Below are positions 7,966-17,521 of a stretch of DNA of 54,041 nucleotides, piece after piece. Position 1 is the stretch's first letter. The number at the start of each line of letters is the position of its first letter. The position numbers were made by a program, and so were the translations under genes. This stretch comes from a virus (taxonomy: Duplodnaviria; Caudoviricetes), in the IMG/VR virus record IMGVR_UViG_3300005914_000010, positions 1 through 54,041 of that record; one strand, given 5' to 3'. The notes under the pieces are model-generated. The model made no database searches. It had not been told where the DNA came from and saw only the letters and a list, made by a program, of their open reading frames with translations.

Positions 7966-8112
7966 ATGAAACATACTACTTCTCAGGAAGTAAAATTACC
8001 TATGTCACGTTTTGTGCCTTCGGAACCCGCAAAAGAGTCACCTGAAACCATCGGGGATTCTATGCCTAAGGTAGATGAGCCGTTCGACGGTTACAGCTGC
8101 TCGGAGTATTAA
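7966..8112 (+). CDS. small hypothetical protein (48 aa), not in ORF track
   Basis: GAGGAG SD; MKHTTSQEVKLP... Confidence 0.6.
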   Translation: MKHTTSQEVKLPMSRFVPSEPAKESPETIGDSMPKVDEPFDGYSCSEY

Positions 8113-8113
8113 C

Positions 8114-8245
8114 ATGAAGATGAAACACGTATTAACAAAGAACGGTCGCGTAATATTTGAATCAATGAAGAAGATTGATGCGATCTTTGAACAACAGCGT
8201 TACAATAGAGGACAGCGGGTTCAATATCGTGCTGTTAAGATCTAA
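8114..8245 (+). CDS. small basic hypothetical protein (43 aa), not in ORF track
   Basis: GGAG SD; MKMKHVLTKNGR... Confidence 0.6.
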   Translation: MKMKHVLTKNGRVIFESMKKIDAIFEQQRYNRGQRVQYRAVKI

Positions 8246-8400
8246 TGCCTCGTCATGAGGATAACCACTACACCACTGAAGAGGTACCAATAGGGTACAC
8301 ACAGGGTGTCAGGTGGCATGGCTACGTGCCAATAGCAGTACTGGCAGCATTCGTGGTACTAAATTTAATATTTGGTTAATTGAAATAATAGGGGAAGCAG

Positions 8401-9018
8401 ATGAGCAACATCTTAAAATTAAAAGAATTCTTGCAGTACATTGAAAGTAATAAAGTAACAAAGGTGTTACACAAAGAACCATCTAAATCAGGTAAAATTA
8501 AAGACATTGATTATGATAACAAAACAGTCACCATAGAGAGATCCTCAAGTGCTGGCAACAGTGTTATAAAAATTAAGACTTTACTAGACTGTTACCAGCT
8601 TGAATCTGGTATATACCCTGGTTATGTGAGATTAGAAAATGGTAGAAACTTAGAAGCAGGTATGCAAGTCATATACAATGCTCTGAATTTCCGTGGCAAG
8701 AGAGGCGTCGTGAATAGTTCGTTAGATAATGTAATCTACGTGCAATGGCCTAGTCTCGAATGCACGTACCAACATAATTGGGCTAACCGAAATCTACTTG
8801 TACGAGTGAAAACTCAAGAAGAGGAGAACATGGATATATACGCTGCATCTTTAAATAAAACTTTACTTCACTATATAGTAATTATGAGTGACGGTATGGT
8901 AGCTCAAAGCATTAGAGCTGAGAACGCTAGAGCAGCTGAAGCTGAAATAATGCCTATACTGACGATAACAGGTACCAGAGACGTAGACTATTTCCTCACC
9001 CTCGTAGTGCCTAAATAA
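8401..9018 (+). CDS. hypothetical protein (internal in-frame start at 8830)
   Basis: GGGG SD; GAGGAG+ATG at 8830. Confidence 0.7.
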   Translation: MSNILKLKEFLQYIESNKVTKVLHKEPSKSGKIKDIDYDNKTVTIERSSSAGNSVIKIKTLLDCYQLESGIYPGYVRLENGRNLEAGMQVIYNALNFRGKRGVVNSSLDNVIYVQWPSLECTYQHNWANRNLLVRVKTQEEENMDIYAASLNKTLLHYIVIMSDGMVAQSIRAENARAAEAEIMPILTITGTRDVDYFLTLVVPK

Positions 9019-9714
9019 ATGGAATTCTCTGAAGACCAGTTGATAGTGCTTGAGATAATCAAGGGCTGGTTAGATGAGAATGACGCAGCTTATCTAGCCA
9101 AAGAAGACATTGTAGTACATTGGGGAAATCCCACAGGTGACATACAACAACAAGGTTGGGTGAAATATAGATGTAGTGAGATTGCCAACATAATAAGGGC
9201 TACCCTAGTACCAGTTGGAGTAATGCGTCACTGCACGACTGATATGCTTAAAGCTGCGTGTCAAGAAGAAGAGAGGACATACATATGTGGAGTCGAAGTA
9301 ACTGGAGACGTTAAGTCTCAATACTTTAATTACACTAAATATCGCAACCCTAAAGCTGAAACAGTTGAACACGAAATCGCTGTTCACTTAGTGGCTGAGT
9401 TACATGCACTTAGTGAGAATATAATCTGGAAAGATTTAGTATACATATTCGAGCAAGCGTTAAAATACTGTAAAGTAGACGTACCCAACGCTCAAAACAG
9501 AAACAATTTCCTGCGCTATGGCATAGCCAAGACAGACTTTGTTGAAAGAAGAGCTAACAAAAGCTATAACGGTCGCTACGTGCAGAAAGAGAACGGTAAA
9601 ATAGTGCAATATACTTGCCTAAAGTTACCTTATCGTTCAGGTCTTAAACGGGACTGGACAAAATCACAAATGAGAAACATTATCTTAAGAGCTGTAAAAG
9701 GCTTAAGAAAGTAA
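9019..9714 (+). CDS. hypothetical protein
   Basis: 231-aa ORF abutting the upstream gene. Confidence 0.8.
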   Translation: MEFSEDQLIVLEIIKGWLDENDAAYLAKEDIVVHWGNPTGDIQQQGWVKYRCSEIANIIRATLVPVGVMRHCTTDMLKAACQEEERTYICGVEVTGDVKSQYFNYTKYRNPKAETVEHEIAVHLVAELHALSENIIWKDLVYIFEQALKYCKVDVPNAQNRNNFLRYGIAKTDFVERRANKSYNGRYVQKENGKIVQYTCLKLPYRSGLKRDWTKSQMRNIILRAVKGLRK

Positions 9715-9762
9715 TGACTCACAACCCAACGGCGATTATGCCATTACTTTTAGGAGACTTAA

Positions 9763-10203
9763 ATGTCTAAAATTCAAGCACAACAAGTATTCGTATGTAC
9801 AGATGGTTCACAACACGCAACAGAAGCAGCAGCTGAAGGCGCTCAATTTGCATTAGATAATGCTGAGATTATCGAAACCATTTCTGAATCATATGTAAAC
9901 ACAGCTACAGCACCAGGTGCTAAAGTTGCAGGCTTATCTGGCCGTACACGTGCATTCAACAAGAATGTTGCAGCTTCAGTTATCTCTTTCATCTTGGCTC
10001 AAGGTGGAACACTACCTGAAGACTTCGAAGAAATTCTTGCCTCTGATGAGTTACAAGAACGTCTAGATGCTGACCAAGCAAAAGCAGACGCTGCTAAAGC
10101 AAAAGCAGACGCTGCTAAAGCCGCTAAAGGTGAAGCAGTGGCTGAAGAAACTGCCGATGAAAATGAAGAAGCTTCTTCTGAAGATTTATTCAGCGAAGGC
10201 TAA
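9763..10203 (+). CDS. hypothetical Ala/Glu-rich protein
   Basis: AGGAG SD; contains a 21-bp tandem duplication at 10078-10119 (AKADAAK x2). Confidence 0.8.
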   Translation: MSKIQAQQVFVCTDGSQHATEAAAEGAQFALDNAEIIETISESYVNTATAPGAKVAGLSGRTRAFNKNVAASVISFILAQGGTLPEDFEEILASDELQERLDADQAKADAAKAKADAAKAAKGEAVAEETADENEEASSEDLFSEG

Positions 10204-10221
10204 TCATTGCGGCAGTAAGAC

Positions 10222-10356
10222 GGCGGTCACCTAATGGTGGCTGCCAACTAGAGTTATTTAGGGTGGCGTGACTGATTGTGTTAGTCAAAGACATTTGTTC
10301 TCCTTGGATAAAATGTGCCTCGTGGTTGTGGTGTCACGCTACCACTAAATAACTTT
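10222..10356 (+). promoter_or_regulatory. intergenic hairpin plus long branched stem (candidate processing site)
   Basis: GGCGGTCACC-TAAT-GGTGGCTGCC (10222-10245); ~22-bp imperfect helix 10250-10272/10333-10356. Confidence 0.55.
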
Positions 10357-10380
10357 ACAACTTTGCAACTGGAGATTACC

Positions 10381-10746
10381 ATGCAATTAAACAAAACAAA
10401 ATTAGCAATACTATTAGCCTCATTCGATTCGAGTATCCAACCGTTATTCCCTGTTACAGATGATGCAGAAGCTGCGTTCAACGCAATGTTGCAAGCTGTT
10501 CCTGAAGAACACAGACAGTCTTTGAGTGCTGCCTACATGCAGATGCAGAATGTTCTATTTGTTAAAATGGGCGCTCTAACTCGTGAACTATTTAACGTGG
10601 ATATCAATGACCCACTGTTGACGTTACATTCACGTACAGCACGTGTAATCTTCGATGAGTATCATAACATTAAAGATGATCAAGAACCAGATGGGTCTTA
10701 CTGTCTTAGTCCAGACGAAGGTTCAACTGAAGAAGCAGGAAACTAA
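10381..10746 (+). CDS. hypothetical protein
   Basis: GGAG SD before ATG 10381; the longer track start lies inside the RNA stem. Confidence 0.75.
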   Translation: MQLNKTKLAILLASFDSSIQPLFPVTDDAEAAFNAMLQAVPEEHRQSLSAAYMQMQNVLFVKMGALTRELFNVDINDPLLTLHSRTARVIFDEYHNIKDDQEPDGSYCLSPDEGSTEEAGN

Positions 10747-10748
10747 GC

Positions 10749-12500
10749 ATGGCCGGTCAATGTATCGAAAAGCTAGTACATGACCATCCTAAATGCTCAA
10801 GTGTAAACAAATCGTTACAGACATTCTTAAACGACGACGATACATTTAGTGGTTTTTGTTTCTCATGTGCTAGAAGAGTGCCAAACCCTTACGGCAACAA
10901 TCCACCAAAGCTGAGTGAAATTCATGTAAAGACTCCAGAAGAGATTGCTGAAGAGATACAAGAAGTTCGTGAGTGCGATAAATTCAGTATAATGCATCGA
11001 GACATAACACCTGAGAATTGGGCGTACTACGGGGTACGCATGATATTATCGTCGTACGATGGTACTACGCCCTATGCCTTAGGTCATCCTTTCACTAAAG
11101 ACGGTAAAATATGTGGTTTTAAGATCAAGTTACTTGGTCAGAAGACCATGTGGAATGTTGGTGATGTCAAAGGTGCTGACCTATATGGTTGGGAACGAGC
11201 TAAAAGAGTAGGCGGGGCTAATCTCTGGATAACAGAAGGTGAAGAAGACGCTATAGCTCTACGTCAGATAATGCGTACTCTAAATAAGGGTACTAAATAT
11301 GAGGATATGGATTATGCAGTTGTGTCTCTTCCATCAGGAACAAACAACGCAGCCGACGTCATTGGGCGAATGGCTGAAGATATTAGATCCAGATTTAAAA
11401 AAGTGGTGCTTGTCTTTGATGACGACGCTCCAGGAATCAAAGCGTCAAGGGAAGTTAGAAAGATTATGCCAGACGCAGAAGTCGCGAAACTCCCTGAAGT
11501 GGATGCAAATGCGTGTCTCACTGCTGGAAGGCTCAAAGCAACTAGAGATGCCGTTTTATTCAACTCAAAGAAACCCGTTAGTAACAACACCTTATCAGTT
11601 GACGACGTACTAGACGATATAATGAGTGACCCTGAATGGGGCGCTCCATATCCTTGGCAATCAATGACTAAGCTAACTTATGGTCAACGTAAGGGTGAAC
11701 TGATTTCTATCGGTGGTGGCACTGGGTGTGGTAAGACACTAATAGGCCACGAACTGGCAGCATTCAATGCTACTCAAAATGGATGGAGGTCACTATGTAT
11801 TATGATGGAGGAGACTCCTGCAGAAACATATAAAGCTATAGCTGGTAAGATAGATAATGTACCGTATCATGTACCTTTGGAAGAGGGGGCTAAGCCATAT
11901 GATAAGAGTCAGTTACGAAAGACTGTTATTCATTTGCGTGACTTTGTCACAGTATGGGATATTGCAACAATTGAAGACCCTGAGACTACTTGGGAACAAA
12001 TTACGCAAGTAATTAGAACAATGGGTAAAGACTTTGATTGTGTAATGATTGACAATGCAACAACATTATCTGAAGGTTTAAACATATCTGAGAAGAATGA
12101 GTTCATAGGTAAAGTAGCAGATGAGTTTGCTAAGTTAGCTAAGAAATTTGACTTCGAAGCCATAATGTTTAGTCACTTAAATGCTCCAGATAGAAGTGCT
12201 AAGTCACATGAAAATGGTGGTAAGGTGTTGGAGAGTCAGTTCACTGGTTCTAGAGCATTACAACGTTATTCACATATGATGATGGGCTTTGAACGTAATA
12301 AAATGGCAGTTGATCCTGACTGTTCTATTACTCGATTATTGAAGAACAGGAAGTTTGGTAAGACTGGTATGTATAAAACATATTACTCTCAAAAAACTGG
12401 TAGGCTTCAAGAAAGATCATGGGATGATGAGTTGTATAAGGACAAATCAGTTGGTGGTAAAGAACCAACAGGTAAAACCTTTACACCTATCAGACCTTAA
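10749..12500 (+). CDS. T7 gp4-like DNA primase-helicase
   Basis: N-terminal Cys/His cluster (CFSC), TOPRIM ITEGEEDA and FDDD, Walker A GGTGCGKT, SF4 motifs MIDN, FSHL, GSRAL, KNR. Confidence 0.95.
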   Translation: MAGQCIEKLVHDHPKCSSVNKSLQTFLNDDDTFSGFCFSCARRVPNPYGNNPPKLSEIHVKTPEEIAEEIQEVRECDKFSIMHRDITPENWAYYGVRMILSSYDGTTPYALGHPFTKDGKICGFKIKLLGQKTMWNVGDVKGADLYGWERAKRVGGANLWITEGEEDAIALRQIMRTLNKGTKYEDMDYAVVSLPSGTNNAADVIGRMAEDIRSRFKKVVLVFDDDAPGIKASREVRKIMPDAEVAKLPEVDANACLTAGRLKATRDAVLFNSKKPVSNNTLSVDDVLDDIMSDPEWGAPYPWQSMTKLTYGQRKGELISIGGGTGCGKTLIGHELAAFNATQNGWRSLCIMMEETPAETYKAIAGKIDNVPYHVPLEEGAKPYDKSQLRKTVIHLRDFVTVWDIATIEDPETTWEQITQVIRTMGKDFDCVMIDNATTLSEGLNISEKNEFIGKVADEFAKLAKKFDFEAIMFSHLNAPDRSAKSHENGGKVLESQFTGSRALQRYSHMMMGFERNKMAVDPDCSITRLLKNRKFGKTGMYKTYYSQKTGRLQERSWDDELYKDKSVGGKEPTGKTFTPIRP

Positions 12501-12915
12501 AGTTGTAAAAGTATCTCGGGATCGCCACATACCAAAGAGATACCCCTTAATGAGCGGCCAGTTCGTGTGTGGAGGTGACATGCCCATTAAGGACAAAAAA
12601 TATCTCTTTGGATACGAGTATAAACTAATCCCGTGAAGTGCAACACGCAAACAACTGTCAATGATGAACGCTGACATAAACTAGCATCAAAGTCAATGTA
12701 AGACTATAAATACTCTCGCGTTTCCTCCAAGCGTATGAGGTAATGAGGGAAAACTGCAGCTATGCGGAACCCTTTGAAAAAGTAAATAGCTACACAAGCA
12801 GGATGGTAATCTGCAATCACAAAGTTTAATAATATACATTATCAAATAGAGTGACACTGGGAGGTGATTCATCTTAACGAGTTCTATGTCGTTGTAAAAC
12901 TATTTAGACATTGGT

Positions 12916-13166
12916 GCAGTAGCACTCGCTTAGCCCCGTAAGGGCTTTTAAATTATACAACTAACTTAGTCCGTGGCATCGCTACCTTGGGCAGTTAGAC
13001 GAACTCAGTAACGTCTAAAATAATATCTGAGGTTACTTTATGTGGTGATAGATGCGTAGGTTACGCTGGTGGTCGTAAAGCCATTACTCTGTTGATTACT
13101 CCTGCTCGTACGAGGGAGGCTATGTCTTGGGTCCAAGGTAGGTTAAACTCCTATCGCACTGCACCA
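12916..13166 (+). ncRNA. candidate tRNA/tmRNA-like structured RNA ending in ACCA
   Basis: terminal helix 12911-12920/13158-13167, T-arm GGTAGG-TTAAACT-CCTATC, H-type pseudoknot 12995-13031. Confidence 0.5.
12932..12949 (+). terminator. possible intrinsic terminator
   Basis: AGCCC-CGTAA-GGGCT followed by a short T run. Confidence 0.35.
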
Positions 13167-13191
13167 AATTTAATAACTTAAGGAGAACCTT

Positions 13192-13413
13192 ATGATTGTC
13201 GATAAAATTGACTTCATGGTAGAAATAATTGATGCTAAAGACAATCGTAAAGAGGTGACCTCTGATCAGTTCTATGAAGTAGCAATAAAGAGAAACAACA
13301 CAGCTAAAAGAATTCCAATATTGATGCGAGAAATGGAAGCTCTGAGGGATGGTCAGACTCTACTAGGTGACGATATACACTTAATTGGAATGAAGATTAG
13401 GAGGTTACCATGA
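13192..13413 (+). CDS. hypothetical protein
   Basis: AAGGAG SD. Confidence 0.75.
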   Translation: MIVDKIDFMVEIIDAKDNRKEVTSDQFYEVAIKRNNTAKRIPILMREMEALRDGQTLLGDDIHLIGMKIRRLP

Positions 13414-13694
13414 ACTTTTTATCAAAAACAATAAATAAATTTAGAAATGTGAGAAGAGAGCCATTATATAATCCAGACTTCATAAGAGACAAATATGAAA
13501 ATTGCAACCTACAGATAGTCAGAATAGGATTAGACAATTTTAATATTCTAGTAAATGCCAAATATATTTACGTAGACACTTGGATGAGTGGAGACACCTA
13601 CGCATGGTCGGCTAAAGGATTACAGGGTCCTATTGATATATTCGTTGAAAGATTTGGTGACAAAGTAATTATAACAAGGGACGATAGGCTATGA
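13410..13694 (+). CDS. hypothetical protein
   Basis: GGAGG SD; ATGA coupling on both sides. Confidence 0.75.
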   Translation: MNFLSKTINKFRNVRREPLYNPDFIRDKYENCNLQIVRIGLDNFNILVNAKYIYVDTWMSGDTYAWSAKGLQGPIDIFVERFGDKVIITRDDRL

Positions 13695-15739
13695 GACTAA
13701 ATGAAACACAGATGAGTATGTTCCCGACAAAAGTGCGCGACAGTGCCACTCTCTGGAGCTGTGACATCGAATCGACTGGTCTCCTTGAGCACCTTAATGA
13801 ACAGGGCGAAAGTGCCAGACTACACAACTTTGGAGCAAAGCAGGGCAACACAGAGATTCTCTTCTCTGCAGCCCACAACAGCCTTGACCACAGGGCATGC
13901 CCTGACATCAGACCGCTCTCAGAGTTACAGCAGTGGCTCACTGAGGGACACTCACTGGTCATGCACAATGGTATGGGCTATGACGGTGAGGCACTAAAAT
14001 TTTTTGGGTACGATGTTTCAAACAATTATATTGTTGATACAATGTATCTAGCTTGGTATCTAGAACCTAGACGTATGCGCTACGGCCTTGAATACTACGG
14101 TGAAGAATTTGGTATACCAAAGCCACCCATCATGGACTGGATAAATGGCCCACAGGAAGAATACAACAGACGTGTAATGCAAGATTGTCGTATTCAAGAG
14201 AAACTATGGGACAAATTGTGGAATATGTTGCTGACAATATATGGTAACGAAGTGGAGTCTTGGAGACTTATTGATTATCTAATGATCAAGTCAAAGCATC
14301 TTGTCAGTGCCCAAAGAACTAAATGGAAACTAAATATACCTAGCGCTGAAGAACTATCAGCAGAGTTACATGTAGACAAAGAAATTAGACATAAAGAACT
14401 AGTGGCAGTAATGCCTAAAGTGCCTTTATACAAAGATAAGAAACGCTGTGCTAAGCCATTTAAAGGCAACGGCAGTCTATCAAGTCATGGTATCAAGTGG
14501 GTTAGATTCTGTCTACAATACGGTATAGATTTCAATAGCATCGAAGAGTATAAGTGGCACGATGGATACAATGAAGGCAACCCCAATGCTCATGGACAAA
14601 TAAAAGAATGGTTATTTGACCTAGGTTGGCAACCAGAAACATTCGTATACAAAACGGAGTATGACGAGTATGGCAAACGTAAAGAAAGAAAGATTCCGCA
14701 AATCAATGTTAAAAACTCTGGAGGGCTGCTTGACCCAGATATTGTGCGTATGCTTGATGATCATATCCAGCTTAAGTTTCTGGAAGGTCTGGGGATTGTC
14801 AACCATAGGATTTCAATCGTTGATGGCTGGCTTCGGGATCACATAAATGGTTATTTGATTGCTGGTATCGGTGGACTGACAAACACTCTAAGACTTAAAC
14901 ATAGGGAAGTGGTGAATGTACCGTCTGATCGTGTTCCATATGGTTCAAGATTACGTGCATTATTAATTGCAGATGAAGGATACGTGTCACTAGGCAGTGA
15001 TTTATCGTCTTTAGAAGACAGATGCAAACATCATTATCAGATACCACTTGATCCTGAGTATGTTAAAGAGCAGAGTCACGCAGATTTTGACCCTCACCTA
15101 CTTATTGCTGGTTTGGCTGGTCTAGTATCAGATAAAGATATAGCAGAGTTTAAATTAGGTTTAAATGAAGACAACTCTCCAGTAGGGAAACTGAATAAAG
15201 ACCAATTTAAGCATATAAAGAAATCTGTTAGACCAAAAGGTAAAGCAACTAACTATGGATGTCAATATGGTGCAGGCGCTAAGAACATAAGCAGACAAGC
15301 TAAAGTATCATTTCAAGTAGCAGAACTATTACACGCAGCTTACTGGGAAGCAAACTGGTCTATTAAAGAGATTGCAGCCAGCACAGAAGTTAAGGCGGCA
15401 TGCGGTGAGAAGTGGCAACGTAATACTGTGAACGGGATATGGTATTGGTTAAAAGCTGAGAAAGACCGTTTCTCAACTCTATGTCAAGGTACAGGTTCCT
15501 TTGTATTTGACATGTGGTTAGAACAGGTATTCGTAATATGCCAAACAAGATGGAAAAGAGACCCTCAAGTCCATGCACAGTTCCACGACGAGTTCATTTT
15601 GAAATGTAAGTCTAATCTGAAAGACCTATGGTCTGAAGTAGTGATGACTGCTATTGCGCAAACAAATGGTTTACTTGGAATGAGAAGAGAAATGAATTGT
15701 GACGTGCAGTTCGGTGTAAGTTATGATCAGATTCATTAA
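13691..15739 (+). CDS. family A DNA polymerase with 3'-5' exonuclease (T7 gp5-like)
   Basis: Exo I CDIES, Exo II HNGMGYD, motif A SDLSSLEDR, motif B KxxNYGxxYG, motif C QFHDE. Confidence 0.95.
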   Translation: MRLNETQMSMFPTKVRDSATLWSCDIESTGLLEHLNEQGESARLHNFGAKQGNTEILFSAAHNSLDHRACPDIRPLSELQQWLTEGHSLVMHNGMGYDGEALKFFGYDVSNNYIVDTMYLAWYLEPRRMRYGLEYYGEEFGIPKPPIMDWINGPQEEYNRRVMQDCRIQEKLWDKLWNMLLTIYGNEVESWRLIDYLMIKSKHLVSAQRTKWKLNIPSAEELSAELHVDKEIRHKELVAVMPKVPLYKDKKRCAKPFKGNGSLSSHGIKWVRFCLQYGIDFNSIEEYKWHDGYNEGNPNAHGQIKEWLFDLGWQPETFVYKTEYDEYGKRKERKIPQINVKNSGGLLDPDIVRMLDDHIQLKFLEGLGIVNHRISIVDGWLRDHINGYLIAGIGGLTNTLRLKHREVVNVPSDRVPYGSRLRALLIADEGYVSLGSDLSSLEDRCKHHYQIPLDPEYVKEQSHADFDPHLLIAGLAGLVSDKDIAEFKLGLNEDNSPVGKLNKDQFKHIKKSVRPKGKATNYGCQYGAGAKNISRQAKVSFQVAELLHAAYWEANWSIKEIAASTEVKAACGEKWQRNTVNGIWYWLKAEKDRFSTLCQGTGSFVFDMWLEQVFVICQTRWKRDPQVHAQFHDEFILKCKSNLKDLWSEVVMTAIAQTNGLLGMRREMNCDVQFGVSYDQIH

Positions 15740-16187
15740 TGTAATACGTAATAAATTTTACGACAGAGATGGAGTATTGTATACCAGAAGAGGTAATAAA
15801 CCTGCTGGTAGTATAGGCTCCGGTGGTTACTTGAACATTAGGGTTGATATTGACGGTAAAAGAAATAACTGGAAGGCCCATAGAGTCATGTGGTTATTAT
15901 ACAACGATTCAATACCTGATGTACTTGATCACATAGATAGAAATAAACTAAATAACGCTATCATAAACCTACGGGAATCAAACCCTGAGGAGAATGCCCG
16001 TAATAAAGGCGAGTATAGCAATAACACTTCTGGAATGTCAGGTGTCTCACCAAGAGGCAATGAATGGAGAGTACGTCATAATTGTAATCATATTGGTTAC
16101 TACGACACTTTTGAAGAAGCGTGTACAATAAAAACAATACCTTATGGAGAATTAAAGAATGTTTGCACAAGCAACGAAAACAGGTAA
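15723..16187 (+). CDS. free-standing HNH homing endonuclease
   Basis: AHRVMW..LDHIDRNKLNNAIINLR..EN; C-terminal NNTSGxxGV (AP2-like). Confidence 0.9.
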   Translation: MIRFINVIRNKFYDRDGVLYTRRGNKPAGSIGSGGYLNIRVDIDGKRNNWKAHRVMWLLYNDSIPDVLDHIDRNKLNNAIINLRESNPEENARNKGEYSNNTSGMSGVSPRGNEWRVRHNCNHIGYYDTFEEACTIKTIPYGELKNVCTSNENR

Positions 16188-16932
16188 CGGTGGAAGTGGA
16201 GTGAAGATGACTGGGAATATCCTAGATCCTGGCTCCTATCCTGCAAGAGTAGTACAAATAGTTGACCTAGGTATGCAACCTGGCTCATCAATTTATCCTG
16301 AACCTAAACTCAAAATGGAAATGCGTTTCGAACTACTAGACGAATTTATGGTAGACGAAGAGGGCAAAGAATTAGAGAGTAAGCCTCGCTGGTTTAGTTA
16401 CGAACTTACTTATAATGCTGATGGATATATGGGTGAACGCTCTAATATTTCTAAAGTATTTGAAGCCTTAGACGGATTTGATAAGCCTTTGCCAGAACTA
16501 CTTGGTAAAGCTTGCAATGTAGCAATTGCAAAGGGTGTCAAACAAGACGGTAAGACACCCAAGAATAAGATAACTGGTGTAGCAGCGATGCGTCAAAAGG
16601 ATGTAGATAAGTATAAAGATACACCGCTACAAAACCCTACCACTTACTTCTCTCTGATGACACCCGATATGGAAGTATGGAAGAAATTATCCAGCAAAGG
16701 TCAGTATTCGCAACAGAGCAAAATCAAAGCTAGCTTAGAGTTACATCTAACACCACTTGCTGCTTTACTTGCTACACTGAATGGCGAGAAACCTAAGGGA
16801 GAAGAAGATGGTGAACACGACCCAATTTTACAAAACGAAGATAGCACTAGTAGTGATACTGAATCTGGGACTACGCCAGATGAACCAGATGAACCAGGTA
16901 AAGTCGACGCAGCAGCAGACGTATTTGATTAA
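16159..16932 (+). CDS. putative single-stranded DNA-binding protein
   Basis: GSYPARVVQIVDLG motif, acidic tail ending VFD, position in the replication module. Confidence 0.6.
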   Translation: MFAQATKTGNGGSGVKMTGNILDPGSYPARVVQIVDLGMQPGSSIYPEPKLKMEMRFELLDEFMVDEEGKELESKPRWFSYELTYNADGYMGERSNISKVFEALDGFDKPLPELLGKACNVAIAKGVKQDGKTPKNKITGVAAMRQKDVDKYKDTPLQNPTTYFSLMTPDMEVWKKLSSKGQYSQQSKIKASLELHLTPLAALLATLNGEKPKGEEDGEHDPILQNEDSTSSDTESGTTPDEPDEPGKVDAAADVFD

Positions 16933-16942
16933 GGATTGACTA

Positions 16943-17521
16943 ATGATTTTAGCAAGAGAGCTACTGAAGGAATTAAGAGATAGAAATATTCCAGCATGTG
17001 TTGCAGGTGGATATGTACGCGATATGATTCTAGGGCGAAAGCCTAAAGACATGGACGTAGTAGTATTCGGTGACCATGTCAATAGAAGAATTATTGATTG
17101 GCATGATGCTGCCACAATACTGACTGATGTAACTCATGAAGTACAAGAAGGCATATTAATAATTACAGACGAGAGAGGAATTGCGTCTTACCCTGTGGAT
17201 ATAATTCAACATTTATTCAAAGGTAAATACAAAGGAATGGATGTAGACTTAATATTCTACAAAGAAGTATACTTTAATGCTACAGCGGTAATCGACTCAT
17301 TCGACATGAGTATCAACCAAGGTTACATTACGGAAAAAGAATTTAAAGCTCCAGATGTAACAACATTAAAACTAAATAATTTAGCTCGTTGTACAGAAGC
17401 TAGAGTGGTAAAAGGTTACAATATGATAATGGATAATTATTGCAAGAATCATAACATATTGATACCTGGAGCTACCAATATGCATCCTACTCCTAAAGGA
17501 GTGACCCCATGCATGAAATGA
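16943..17521 (+). CDS. class II nucleotidyltransferase head domain (CCA-adding/poly(A) polymerase-like)
   Basis: AGGYVRD..GRKPKDMD signature and FDMSINQ (variant of RRDFTIN). Confidence 0.85.
   Translation: MILARELLKELRDRNIPACVAGGYVRDMILGRKPKDMDVVVFGDHVNRRIIDWHDAATILTDVTHEVQEGILIITDERGIASYPVDIIQHLFKGKYKGMDVDLIFYKEVYFNATAVIDSFDMSINQGYITEKEFKAPDVTTLKLNNLARCTEARVVKGYNMIMDNYCKNHNILIPGATNMHPTPKGVTPCMK

Noticed and set aside
13119-13134. Extra copy of the 20-bp motif (TATGTCTTGGGT)
   Set aside because: Only a partial match lacking the GTWAC end; may be chance
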